From contig JBKBUQ010000004.1 of the NCBI GenBank assembly GCA_046289975.1, positions 1 through 43,422 of the forward strand: a stretch of 43,422 bases of DNA, in the 5' to 3' direction. Position 1 is the first letter of the stretch. Every line of letters starts with the position of its first letter. Both the position numbers and the translations under genes were made by a program. The notes beneath the pieces were generated by a model. The model made no database searches. It had not been told where the DNA came from and saw nothing but the letters and a program-made list of their open reading frames with translations. Shown piece after piece: positions 19,745-29,147 of the stretch. The stretch comes from Flavobacteriales bacterium (GTDB taxonomy: Bacteria > Bacteroidota > Bacteroidia > Flavobacteriales_D > UBA2798).

Positions 19745-20757
19745 TCCTTTGGTGGTTTATACGATTTCAAAATTTTTCTTTCATTTTTTTCATCCAGCAA
19801 ATCCGGAAGTTTTAATTCAGGATGATCCTTCATGTAAGCACGAACAATCATCCAGCCCAACCAGTTTCCCACCCGGCCGGGAGAATTTTGCGGGAGTCCG
19901 CTTGTAAAGGGCGATTCATCACAAAACTTCCGAATCTCCATCTGATCGCTGGTATACAACAATTTTTTATCGACAATATCCCGCCAGATATTTTTCTCAT
20001 TTTGCAAACACCAACCAAGTTGTTCGGGAGTATATCTTATCTTTATGTGATCAGGATCGGCAGGAAGCAATGCATCCATTGCATACAGAATCTTTCCCTC
20101 GTGAATAATCCTGGAAAGAAAATCCTGGCCTTTAAAAGCATCCAAATAATTGGCTTCTATCCAGCCGCGCATGATGTCGACCACCATATATTCCTTAATC
20201 ATTTTCTCTTTCAAGAATTGCGGTAAGGCTTCAGGAGAGATCTTTTTTACAGTTCGGTTTTCCGGTCCCAGATACATATCCAATCCCAATCCAATCTGGC
20301 CCTTGAATGTAGAAACACCGTAATTGAAAACAGAATTGTAGGTAACGATACGAGGAATTGCGGCATCGGGATAATAATACCTCAAATAGCGAAAAGCCTG
20401 CTCCAAGTCCTCTTTTAACCAATCAAGATCGGGATAAGTTGCAGAGATATCCTGATAGACCTGAATCATGGTTGGATCACTGATGAACCGATCCAGAGAA
20501 ACAACGATCATGGAATCCTTTGGGGTGCCTGAACGCAACATCACACTCACATAAATCTCCCACAGTTCTCCGTATCGCTCCTGAAAATCATTATTCAACC
20601 GCTCCAAATCGCCGGGACGAGCATCAAATAGCTGCTTTTCCATACGTTCGATGGTAACAGTGGCTTCAATTTGGCTGACATCAACCATCAATGGATTTTT
20701 CTCCCCACATGAGGATAAAATAACCAATGAAATGAATACATAAAAAAACCTTTTCAC
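19741..20757 (-). CDS. gldB: Gliding motility lipoprotein GldB
   Basis: Lipobox ILSS-C, IGLGLDMYLG, EGKILY, SPGRVG.WLGW.IVRAYM, SYKP; ATGA overlap with gldC. Confidence 0.92.
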   Translation of the reverse strand: MKRFFYVFISLVILSSCGEKNPLMVDVSQIEATVTIERMEKQLFDARPGDLERLNNDFQERYGELWEIYVSVMLRSGTPKDSMIVVSLDRFISDPTMIQVYQDISATYPDLDWLKEDLEQAFRYLRYYYPDAAIPRIVTYNSVFNYGVSTFKGQIGLGLDMYLGPENRTVKKISPEALPQFLKEKMIKEYMVVDIMRGWIEANYLDAFKGQDFLSRIIHEGKILYAMDALLPADPDHIKIRYTPEQLGWCLQNEKNIWRDIVDKKLLYTSDQMEIRKFCDESPFTSGLPQNSPGRVGNWLGWMIVRAYMKDHPELKLPDLLDEKNERKILKSYKPPKE

Positions 20758-20814
20758 CTTATCTGTTGAAATATGAGAATTGCCTATTATTGCACTGAAA
20801 TCAACGCTAAAACT

Positions 20815-21612
20815 ATGAAAAAACTTACTGGAATCGTGTTAGGCCTGTTTTTAGGCACAGCTCTGATGGCTCAGGACGGTGCTGGAAATGAACAAAATTT
20901 CCGCTTCGGTCTTAATGCAATGCCTTCAATCAACTTCTACAAGCCTGCTGATATCAAGCGCTTCGAAAGCAATGGTGCCGTTATGAAGTTTGCCTGGGGC
21001 TTAAGTCTCGACTTCAAACTTGGCGGAACTGCTTGGTTATCGACCGGATTACAAGTCGCCTATGATGGCGGAAAGATCGGCTTTAAGGATACAGTTGTTT
21101 CTTTTATTAAAGACAATGAGTTCAGCACTCCTGATGCGTTTGTACAAGGAGCCGGTGTAGGATTTACCCAAACTCGCGTTGAAGAAAGAAAATACAGCGC
21201 AACCTATGTTACTCTTCCTTTGAATATTAAAATGAAAACCAAAGAGATCGGATATCTCAACTATTATGGTTTATTCGGTGTTTCTGCCGGAATCAAAGTA
21301 AAATCAAGGGTAGATGAAGACGGAAAGCTATTTGGCACAAACAATGCTGCTTCAAACGATGCCATGGACAACAGCAAAGATATGGGCTTTTTCCGCGCTG
21401 GTGTAAACATTGGTGGTGGTGCTGAATGGAACCTAAGCGGTACAACCAGCCTAACCTTCGGCCTTCAGTACAATATGGGATTCACTAACGTTGTTAAAAA
21501 AGATTCTGATTACCTGTACAAATATTCCTCTTCACCATCTCCGGCCTTTACTTCATTGAATCAGAAATTCTCTTCCAGCTATATCGGACTGGTTGTTGGA
21601 GTTTTATTCTAA
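20815..21612 (+). CDS. Outer-membrane beta-barrel protein (OMP_b-brl_2/PorT-like porin family)
   Basis: Signal peptide MKKLTG...LMA/Q, FRFG, YVTLPLNIKMKT, alternating amphipathic strands, terminal Phe (GVLF). Start re-called at 20815. Confidence 0.82.
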   Translation: MKKLTGIVLGLFLGTALMAQDGAGNEQNFRFGLNAMPSINFYKPADIKRFESNGAVMKFAWGLSLDFKLGGTAWLSTGLQVAYDGGKIGFKDTVVSFIKDNEFSTPDAFVQGAGVGFTQTRVEERKYSATYVTLPLNIKMKTKEIGYLNYYGLFGVSAGIKVKSRVDEDGKLFGTNNAASNDAMDNSKDMGFFRAGVNIGGGAEWNLSGTTSLTFGLQYNMGFTNVVKKDSDYLYKYSSSPSPAFTSLNQKFSSSYIGLVVGVLF

Positions 21613-21636
21613 TATTCTTCGAAATCCTCTACCTTT

Positions 21637-21669
21637 ATCCCGCTCCCTATACAGGGGCGGGATTTTTTT
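21637..21669 (+). terminator. Intrinsic terminator after the beta-barrel gene
   Basis: ATCCCGC(T)CCCT-ATAC-AGGGGCGGGAT followed by a T run that ends at the nadE ATG. Confidence 0.75.
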
Positions 21670-22489
21670 ATGCAGCATTCCAGAGTCATCCTCCATATAA
21701 GTAACTGGTTGAAAGATTATTCCAACCTATCCAACACCAATGGATTTGTTGTGGGTATTTCCGGGGGGATTGATTCTGCTGTTACATCTGTACTATGCGC
21801 ATTAAGCGAAAAAAAAAGTGGTGTTAGTCAATATGCCCATTCATCAGCGCGAACAAGAATATAACAGAGCAAAAAAACATATCGAGAATGTATGTGAGCG
21901 ATTTTCGAATGTATCGTCTTGCGAGGTATCACTTACCGATGCATTTGAACAATTGCGAAAGTCGATGCCAGATTCAACTTCCGGTCATTTCCTTGCTATG
22001 GCAAACACACGCGCACGTTTACGCATGACAACGCTGTATGCTATTGGTCAGACCGAAGGACTCCTGGTTGCCGGAACCGGAAATAAGATTGAAGATTTTG
22101 GGATTGGATTCTATACCAAGTATGGCGATGGAGGTGTTGATCTTAGTCCTATTGCTGATCTCACCAAAACGCAAGTTTTTGTGCTTGCAAAAGAACTTGA
22201 AGTAATCGCGGAAATCCGAAATGCAAAACCTACCGACGGATTATGGGAAGACGGTCGATCGGATGAAGACCAAATTGGAGCAACTTATCCGGAATTGGAA
22301 TGGGCGATGGAATATGTAAATCGCTTTTCGGGAAGTTCTGTTAACAGAATTGATCCGGAGTTTGTTCCCAAAAACGGACTCGATGATCGTCAGCAAAAAG
22401 TGCTTTCTATATATATCCGCTTGCACAATGCCAATAAGCACAAAATGCTTCCCATTCCCGTTTGTGAAATTCCCCAGGAACTTTTCTGA
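21670..22489 (+). CDS. nadE: NH3-dependent NAD+ synthetase, frameshifted at A9 (21809-21817)
   Basis: The 5' ORF has GISGGIDSAV; the 3' ORF (+1 frame) has ANTRARLRM, GTGNKIED, FYTKYGDGG, PTDGLW, DEDQIG, HK. Removing one A gives a continuous ...SEKKVVLVNMP... frame. Confidence 0.9.
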
Positions 22490-22578
22490 TGGACCGCATC
22501 CCCAAATGGCTTAAGCTAATAATTGTGTGTATTATTTGCCTGGGATTGATCTCAACACTTGTAATCGTGTTGAGTTGA
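22489..22578 (+). CDS. Putative 29-aa single-pass membrane microprotein
   Basis: TGATG overlap with the nadE stop; MDRIPKWLKLIIVCIICLGLISTLVIVLS*; fills the intergenic gap. Confidence 0.5.
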   Translation: MDRIPKWLKLIIVCIICLGLISTLVIVLS

Positions 22579-22579
22579 G

Positions 22580-23353
22580 CTATTTTACCCTTACGCCATC
22601 TACAAACTTTACAACAAAAGCTCCTTTAAATCCTTTTTGCCGCATCAGTTCCTGTATTTGTGCAGCTTCACCAACGTTATTGAAATTTCCAACTGTGTAT
22701 TTATAAATTCCATTATCATGGTAAGTCCAAACGTCCTTTTCGCCTTTGAATACAGGATCTGTGGCAGCAAGCAATTTACCCGAAGTCAGAATCTGAACCC
22801 GATAAACAGTTCCTGCAGTATGAATGCCTGCCTGCCCTTTGTCTGTTTCCTTTTTTACCTCAACGGATTTTTTATCCTCAATACCTTTTTGAACAGCCAG
22901 AGCAGGATTCTTTTCAGGAAAACGATTCCTGATTGTGATTTCATTTAACAGAACAAATTCTTCGCTTTCACGCAATACATAAATCTCCAATTTACCGTCA
23001 AGCGGGAATCCACCCGAAATTTTATTCTTGCCGGAATTTGATTTTATCACCACCGAATCTGATCCGGGAACAATAGTGCGGCACCATAAACGGATTTTTC
23101 CATTGTAATCATTATAGGTGATTTCAATTCCGGAACGATCTAATAATACTGCTCCGGAAGAATCAGGAATAAGAATTTTTGACTCTGTGTTTTGATCAAT
23201 TTTGATCCTTATTTCCGGATACGGAGAAAATGACAATCCATCAAAAAAACAAATTCGTACTTCCTGTTGTGAGAAAACATTATCAACGCCGATAACGAGT
23301 TTCAGCAATATAAAAACAACCCATTCCTTTTTCACAATTCTACTAAACCACAT
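22580..23353 (-). CDS. Exported protein with C-terminal SPOR-like peptidoglycan-binding domain
   Basis: Hydrophobic N-terminus; C-terminal YRVQIL...YKYTVGNF....A......R.KGFKGAFVV.F.DG.RV, typical of Bacteroidota SPOR domains. Start uncertain (23371, 23353 or 23335). Confidence 0.75.
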   Translation of the reverse strand: MWFSRIVKKEWVVFILLKLVIGVDNVFSQQEVRICFFDGLSFSPYPEIRIKIDQNTESKILIPDSSGAVLLDRSGIEITYNDYNGKIRLWCRTIVPGSDSVVIKSNSGKNKISGGFPLDGKLEIYVLRESEEFVLLNEITIRNRFPEKNPALAVQKGIEDKKSVEVKKETDKGQAGIHTAGTVYRVQILTSGKLLAATDPVFKGEKDVWTYHDNGIYKYTVGNFNNVGEAAQIQELMRQKGFKGAFVVKFVDGVRVK

Positions 23354-23421
23354 TATTCCGCAATTGAGCATCTAAAATCGTATTTTAGTCGCTCAGTTAC
23401 AACACCAACTATCAAGAATTA

Positions 23422-24618
23422 ATGACCGCGAGTATCATAATCTCTTTTTGCAGTTTGCTTCTTTTGGCATATGTCTTTGATCTAACATCATCAAGAACGA
23501 GAATTCCGACTGTAATATTACTGCTCCTTCTTGGCTGGGGCGTTCGACAGGTAACGGATTTGTTTTCCTTCGAAATCCCGGACCTGAATCCACTACTCCC
23601 TATTCTCGGAACAATTGGTTTGATTTTAATTGTATTGGAAGGCTCACTGGAGCTTGAGTTGGGCAAGGATAAACTCCCAATGATCAGAAAGTCGATTTTT
23701 GGAGCAGTACTCCCATTGGTTGCGCTTACCGTTCTTATTGCATTTGCATTCAACTATTTCTTTGACGCCAGTTTAAAAGATAGTATTACTAACGCAATAC
23801 CATTCTGTATTATCAGTAGTGCGATTGCAATTCCTTCAGTAAGAAACCTGCGAAAAGAAAACAGGGAATTTATAATATACGAAAGCAGTTTGTCTGATAT
23901 TATCGGTGTGTTGTTCTTCAATTTTTTTGCCTACAATGCCGTTATCCACATGGAAGCCGTGGGTTATTTCGCATTTGAAATCATACTAATGATTTTCATT
24001 TCTTTTATCGTTACAATTGGTTTGTCTTTTCTGCTAAGTAAAATAGATCATCATATAAAATTCTTCCCTATTATTTTACTTATTGTGTTGATTTATTCAC
24101 TTTCAAAAATCTACCATCTTCCCGGTTTGATTTTCATCCTGATTTTTGGGCTTTTTGCCAACAATATTCAATTGCTCAAGACCAACAAATGGATATCAAA
24201 ATTCAACCCGGAAGGTTTGTCTAAAGAGGTGGACAAATTTACCGAGCTTACCATTGAAGCTACGTTCATGGTACGATCATCCTTTTTTCTCTTGTTTGGA
24301 TTTTTGATTGAAACAAAAGAAGTAATCGACATCCATACTCTTCCATGGAGCGTTTCAATTATCGTAAGCATTATACTAATGAGAATTGTGCAACTGAAAC
24401 TTTCTAAACTTCCGAATATGCCTCTCCTTTTTGTTGCTCCGAGAGGATTAATCACCATTCTTCTGTTTTTATCAATTGAACCATCCAGCAAAATTCCTAT
24501 GGTCAATAACTCAATGGTTATTCAGGTCGTGATTTTATCGGCCTTACTGATGATGTTTGGATTGATGATCCATAAAAAAGCTCCTGAAGAAATAGAAAAA
24601 AGTACCGCCGAACAATAA
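23422..24618 (+). CDS. Cation:proton antiporter (CPA family)
   Basis: About 12 TM helices, LEGSLEL, SSAIAIPS, YESSLSDI, PRGLIT. Confidence 0.88.
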   Translation: MTASIIISFCSLLLLAYVFDLTSSRTRIPTVILLLLLGWGVRQVTDLFSFEIPDLNPLLPILGTIGLILIVLEGSLELELGKDKLPMIRKSIFGAVLPLVALTVLIAFAFNYFFDASLKDSITNAIPFCIISSAIAIPSVRNLRKENREFIIYESSLSDIIGVLFFNFFAYNAVIHMEAVGYFAFEIILMIFISFIVTIGLSFLLSKIDHHIKFFPIILLIVLIYSLSKIYHLPGLIFILIFGLFANNIQLLKTNKWISKFNPEGLSKEVDKFTELTIEATFMVRSSFFLLFGFLIETKEVIDIHTLPWSVSIIVSIILMRIVQLKLSKLPNMPLLFVAPRGLITILLFLSIEPSSKIPMVNNSMVIQVVILSALLMMFGLMIHKKAPEEIEKSTAEQ

Positions 24619-24623
24619 CACTG

Positions 24624-24950
24624 TTAACTCTCAGGAGCGAGTTCTACTTTAATGCCATCAATTTCATCCGACAACTTAATCTGGCAGCCTAAGCGCGAAT
24701 TGGATTTTACATGAAATGCCTGATCAAGCATTGCCAATTCATCATCGCTTTGTTCCGGTAAAGTGGTATCGCTTATCAGATAACATTGACATGTTGCACA
24801 CATTGCCATGCCGCCACATGTACCTTCCACCGGCAATTCATACGATTTGCAGAGCTCCATTAAGTTCATGCCCATGTCGGTAGGTGCCTCCAAAACATGC
24901 TCCTTTCCTTCCCGGTCTACTACTGTAACAGTTATCGTGTTCGCTGCCAT
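24624..24950 (-). CDS. fdx: 2Fe-2S ferredoxin (adrenodoxin/Fdx type)
   Basis: CGGMAMCATC...SRLGCQI (C-x5-C-x2-C...C). Confidence 0.93.
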   Translation of the reverse strand: MAANTITVTVVDREGKEHVLEAPTDMGMNLMELCKSYELPVEGTCGGMAMCATCQCYLISDTTLPEQSDDELAMLDQAFHVKSNSRLGCQIKLSDEIDGIKVELAPES

Positions 24951-24957
24951 AATCAGA

Positions 24958-25977
24958 TTAAAATCCGTTTACACCATTTACGGTTGTGTACTTCAATACA
25001 AGGTTTTTGTCGGGATAAATTCGCTTAAATGCAGATTGAACCATTAGTGTTCCTTCATGGAATCCACACAGAATAAGCTTCAATTTACCTGGATAGGTAT
25101 TTACGTCTCCAATTGCATAGATACCGGGAATATTGGTTGAATAATCAAAGGTATTTACCTTGATAGAACCCTTCTCAATTTCCAGTCCCCAGTTGGCAAT
25201 TGGACCAAGTTTTGGAGTTAAGCCAAACAAGGGAATAAAATGATCAGTTGCCAGATCATATTCACCCTTATCTTTTTGCTGAATCACAACTTGCTCTACC
25301 GAAGCCCCGCCTTTCAGACCAACAACTTCACCATCCAAAACCAGATTAAGTTTTCCTTCGGCAGCCAAATCAAAAACGCGTTGTACAGAATCCAGGTGAC
25401 CTCTGAATGTTTGCGAACGATGAACTAGCGTAACGTGAGCTGCGATCTTTTTATCGATCAGGTAGATTGTCCAATCCAATGCAGAATCACCACCTCCCGC
25501 AATAACCACGCGCTTTCCACGGTAGAACTCAGGATCCTTAATGATGTATTCAACGCCTTTGTCTTCGAAGTCGGTAATATTGGAAATTGGTGGTTTTCTG
25601 GGCTCAAAAACTCCCAGTCCGCCGGCAATTGCCACAATCGGTGCAATGTGTTGAGTGCCTTTATTGGTGGTCACCACAAATTTGCCATCCTCTCGTTTCT
25701 CAACATGTTCGGCCGATTCACCAAGCGTAAAACCGGGCTTGAAAGGTGCTGCCTGCTCCATGAGATTATCCACCAATTCACCTGCCAGTACAGAGGGGAA
25801 TCCGGGAATATCATAAATAGGCTTTTTGGGATAGATCTCCGAACATTGTCCGCCGGCCTGAGCCAGACTGTCGATAAGGTGACAACGAAGCTTCAATAAT
25901 CCGGCTTCAAACACAGTGAAAAGCCCGCATGGACCGGCTCCAACAATGATAATATCAGTTTCAATAGGTGAATTCAT
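24958..25977 (-). CDS. TrxR-fold ferredoxin--NADP+ reductase (YumC-like)
   Basis: GAGPCG, GGQC..IYP.K.IYDIPGF, GGGDSALDW, AIGDV.TYPGK.KLI; no thioredoxin-reductase CxxC; adjacent to fdx. Confidence 0.92.
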   Translation of the reverse strand: MNSPIETDIIIVGAGPCGLFTVFEAGLLKLRCHLIDSLAQAGGQCSEIYPKKPIYDIPGFPSVLAGELVDNLMEQAAPFKPGFTLGESAEHVEKREDGKFVVTTNKGTQHIAPIVAIAGGLGVFEPRKPPISNITDFEDKGVEYIIKDPEFYRGKRVVIAGGGDSALDWTIYLIDKKIAAHVTLVHRSQTFRGHLDSVQRVFDLAAEGKLNLVLDGEVVGLKGGASVEQVVIQQKDKGEYDLATDHFIPLFGLTPKLGPIANWGLEIEKGSIKVNTFDYSTNIPGIYAIGDVNTYPGKLKLILCGFHEGTLMVQSAFKRIYPDKNLVLKYTTVNGVNGF

Positions 25978-25982
25978 GGGCG

Positions 25983-25990
25983 CAAATTTA
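25983..25990 (-). promoter_or_regulatory. Bacteroidota -7 promoter element TAAATTTG
   Basis: Perfect TAnnTTTG only 5 nt before the FNR ATG. A second perfect copy (TACATTTG) lies at 26077-26084. Confidence 0.6.
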
Positions 25991-26138
25991 CAATTTCCTT
26001 AGCCTTCTGGGAGGAATGAAAGTCACAAAGTCGGTTAAGATGTTTCCAACAAGCCAAGCCCGAGATTGTTCCGGTACAAATGTAAGCTGAGGCTAGTAAC
26101 TTGTAAATGAAGCTTCAGGGCAATTGCCCCATACAATT

Positions 26139-29100
26139 CTAAATCCTGTTCTTGTCGATACTCTCAAAGCGAATGAGATACCGTGTGCCCTGCCCTTCAA
26201 GGAGTTCTATCTCGCCATTGAGCTGCTCCGTTAAAATCCGGATGAGATCCACACCCAGGGTTTTATTCGATTCAAGGAAGACTTTGCGGTCGAGGCCAAT
26301 GCCATTATCCCCAATAAGCAATTCAAATTTCTTGCCTTCACCCTTTAAATGAAAATACAAAACACCATCTTCTTTACCCGGAAAGGCATACTTCAGGGAA
26401 TTGGAAACAATCTCATTCAACAGTAACCCTAGCGGAATGATGGTGTCGAACCCGAAATTATCGGCATTGATGGATCTGTCGATATGTATGCGTGTATCGG
26501 TACCATAGGTCTCCACAAGCTCTTTCACCAATGTATCCAGGTATTCCCCAATATTAACTTTGGAAAAATTCTTGCCCTCGTATAACTTTTCATGAATAAG
26601 GGCCATGCTCTTAATACGACTCTTGGAATCTTCCAGCAATGCAATTGATTCCGGATCTTTTACATAGTCCGAATGGATATTGAGTAATGATACTATTACC
26701 TGCAGGTTATTCTTTACACGATGGTGAATCTCCTTAAGCAATAATTCCTTTTCCTCTTTTTGCTTAAGAATCTCGCGCGTACGCACATTTACTTTCTCCT
26801 CCAGCAATTGATTCTGACGCAATACATTTCGCTGCATAAACGTATTGAAGTAATACACGCCATATACAAGAGAAACGAGCAACAATAAAAAGAACCACCA
26901 GGTCTGATAAAATGCAGGTTCAATTGTGAACGAATAACGTGCCTCCGGAATACTCCATAAACCTGATTTACTTCTGGCTTTGACCCGAAACAAATATTTT
27001 CCCGGCGCAAGATTAGAATAGGTAGCCAATGTGGATCTGCTTAATGGCGACCACTTTTTATCAAATCCCTCTAACATATAAGAATATTCTAATGTTTCAG
27101 GATAACGCTGACAGATTCCGATAAACTCAAAATTAATACTGTTCTGGTCGTGACGAAATACCGGTTCAATAGGAAGATCGAACCAATCAAATGTCTTATA
27201 ATTCTGATCCTTTTTCCATTTTGTATCGTGAAACAGTCTTACGTCTGAAATATGAATATAAGGACGAACCTTTTCCTCCGGTTCTTCATTTGGATCAAAA
27301 CGAATTAGTCCCTTTACTGTACCGAACCAAACAACTCCATTTACGTCAACGTGCACGGCTTTATTGTTGCATTCAATTCCCAAAAAGCCATCGTTATGGG
27401 TGTAGTTCTTTATTGCGGAAATCTGACCATAAGCAGAAAAAGACACCACGTCAAACCCTTTGTTGGTTCCCACAATTAAATTCCCCGAATGATCAGTAGC
27501 CAAAAGATAGATTGTATTCGAGCCTAATCCATCCGACACATCATAATTGGTAAATCGTCGGCCGTTGAACCTGGAAATACATTTATCGGTTCCTACCCAG
27601 ATATTTCCAAAACGGTCTTCAGCCATACTTCCCACATAACTGTTACACAGTCCTTCCTTCCCATCGTAAGAAGAAAAAATTCCATCTGCATATTTTGTCA
27701 ATCCTGCTCCTGTTCCTATCCACAAATTTCCTTTTGAATCTTCGAGAAAGGAATGCACATAATCATGAGGCAATCCATTTGTAACCGTAAATATTTCCAA
27801 TTTGTTTCCTTCCATCATCACCAATCCACCTCCTGCAGTTCCAAGCCAGATCCTTCCGTCTTTTGTCTGTGTCAAACACCGAATATTACGGCTGGATAAT
27901 CCCTGATCCTCGGTAAAAACTTTAAAACGAATTCCATCGAAAATGCAAAATCCTTCCTTGGTTGCCAACAGCAAATCGCCATTACTAGCCAGAATTATTT
28001 GCCTAATTACAGGAGAAGGTAATCCGTCTTTCTGACTGTATTTCCGTATTGTTTTTCCATCAAAACGGAAAAGTCCCTCCGACATTGCTCCTACCCACAA
28101 TACACCATCCTTATCGGTTGTTATGCCAAAAATATCAGGCAGGCCCAGTCCTTGTAAACCAAAATAATTTGAAAAGGCAAAATCGGAAAATCGTAAAACG
28201 CCTGAACCGCGTGTACCTACCCAAAGTTGTCCTGAGCGATCCGAAAAAACACATTGAACATTTTTGTCGGTCAACCCATTTTCAGGCGTGAAATGAAAAA
28301 TCTTGTCGCCTTTATATAGGAACAATCCGTCCGACTCAGAGGCTATCCATATATGACCGAATGCATCAATATGTGTGCTTGTTAAAGTGGAAAAATCCAG
28401 TTCATTACAAGTAGTAATGGCCGATGGTAATTCCATATTCTGCATATCAGATGTTCGAAGTCGGAACAATCCGGTTTCTGAAGTAATCCAAAGCGAAACA
28501 GAATCGACTGTTACATGTCGTATTGCCTGATCGAGCGTGGAAGGAACCAAGCGGGCTTTATTATCCTCACCCACCAAAAACAGTCCGTTGGAAGTTGCAA
28601 CTGCCAACTCTCCTTCATTGGTAATTGCCATTGAAACTACGTCCAGTTGATTAAAATCAGGGTGACGAACAACAACATCATTTTCGATGTAAGCCAGGCA
28701 CCAATGCAAACCAACCCAAACGCGCGACTTTTCCGGATCGAAAATCAGACTTTTCACTTCATTGGTTGTGAAGCCGTTTTCTTTGCTGAAAATTTTGAAA
28801 TTCTTTCCATCAAAACAGGTCAAACCACCCCATGAAGTGCCAAACCACATTCTTCCTTTGTCATCTTCAGTGATACAAGTAGCGATTTGTCCTGCTAAAC
28901 CTTCCTTTTCTTCGTATTGCAAAAACCGGGTGCCATCAAATCGTGCTACACCTCCGCCCTGTGTGGCAAACCATAGAAATCCTCTTGAATCTTCAAAAAT
29001 GGAATTAACCTGCGACTGTGGCAATCCATTTTCCACAGAATATTGCTGAAAATAAAACCTTCTTGGATCTGCATAGTTTTGTGCACGCACTAAACCAAAC

Positions 29101-29147
29101 TGCAAAAACAGAATCAGGAATACGATATGTTGCTTTACTTGTTTCAA
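26139..29147 (-). CDS. Membrane sensor histidine kinase: Reg_prop beta-propellers + Y_Y_Y + TM + HisKA_2/HATPase
   Basis: About 14 repeats of GL....V..I.ED..G.LW.GT..G; Y.Y.LEGFD..W...ATYSNL.PG.Y.F.V; TWWF-TM; EIHHRVKNNLQ, NEIVSNSLKYAF, DNGIG. TTG start overlaps the upstream TGA. Confidence 0.92.
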   Translation of the reverse strand: MKQVKQHIVFLILFLQFGLVRAQNYADPRRFYFQQYSVENGLPQSQVNSIFEDSRGFLWFATQGGGVARFDGTRFLQYEEKEGLAGQIATCITEDDKGRMWFGTSWGGLTCFDGKNFKIFSKENGFTTNEVKSLIFDPEKSRVWVGLHWCLAYIENDVVVRHPDFNQLDVVSMAITNEGELAVATSNGLFLVGEDNKARLVPSTLDQAIRHVTVDSVSLWITSETGLFRLRTSDMQNMELPSAITTCNELDFSTLTSTHIDAFGHIWIASESDGLFLYKGDKIFHFTPENGLTDKNVQCVFSDRSGQLWVGTRGSGVLRFSDFAFSNYFGLQGLGLPDIFGITTDKDGVLWVGAMSEGLFRFDGKTIRKYSQKDGLPSPVIRQIILASNGDLLLATKEGFCIFDGIRFKVFTEDQGLSSRNIRCLTQTKDGRIWLGTAGGGLVMMEGNKLEIFTVTNGLPHDYVHSFLEDSKGNLWIGTGAGLTKYADGIFSSYDGKEGLCNSYVGSMAEDRFGNIWVGTDKCISRFNGRRFTNYDVSDGLGSNTIYLLATDHSGNLIVGTNKGFDVVSFSAYGQISAIKNYTHNDGFLGIECNNKAVHVDVNGVVWFGTVKGLIRFDPNEEPEEKVRPYIHISDVRLFHDTKWKKDQNYKTFDWFDLPIEPVFRHDQNSINFEFIGICQRYPETLEYSYMLEGFDKKWSPLSRSTLATYSNLAPGKYLFRVKARSKSGLWSIPEARYSFTIEPAFYQTWWFFLLLLVSLVYGVYYFNTFMQRNVLRQNQLLEEKVNVRTREILKQKEEKELLLKEIHHRVKNNLQVIVSLLNIHSDYVKDPESIALLEDSKSRIKSMALIHEKLYEGKNFSKVNIGEYLDTLVKELVETYGTDTRIHIDRSINADNFGFDTIIPLGLLLNEIVSNSLKYAFPGKEDGVLYFHLKGEGKKFELLIGDNGIGLDRKVFLESNKTLGVDLIRILTEQLNGEIELLEGQGTRYLIRFESIDKNRI

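Noticed and set aside
20815-21612. Calling the beta-barrel porT/sprT of the T9SS
   Set aside because: It shares only family-level features, and many paralogues exist; orthology cannot be supported by eye.
27400-29050. Periodic repeats in the kinase (also PD40 and FG-GAP repeats elsewhere) as a possible CRISPR or DNA repeat array
   Set aside because: The repeats are degenerate protein-level propeller blades, with no identical DNA repeats and spacers.
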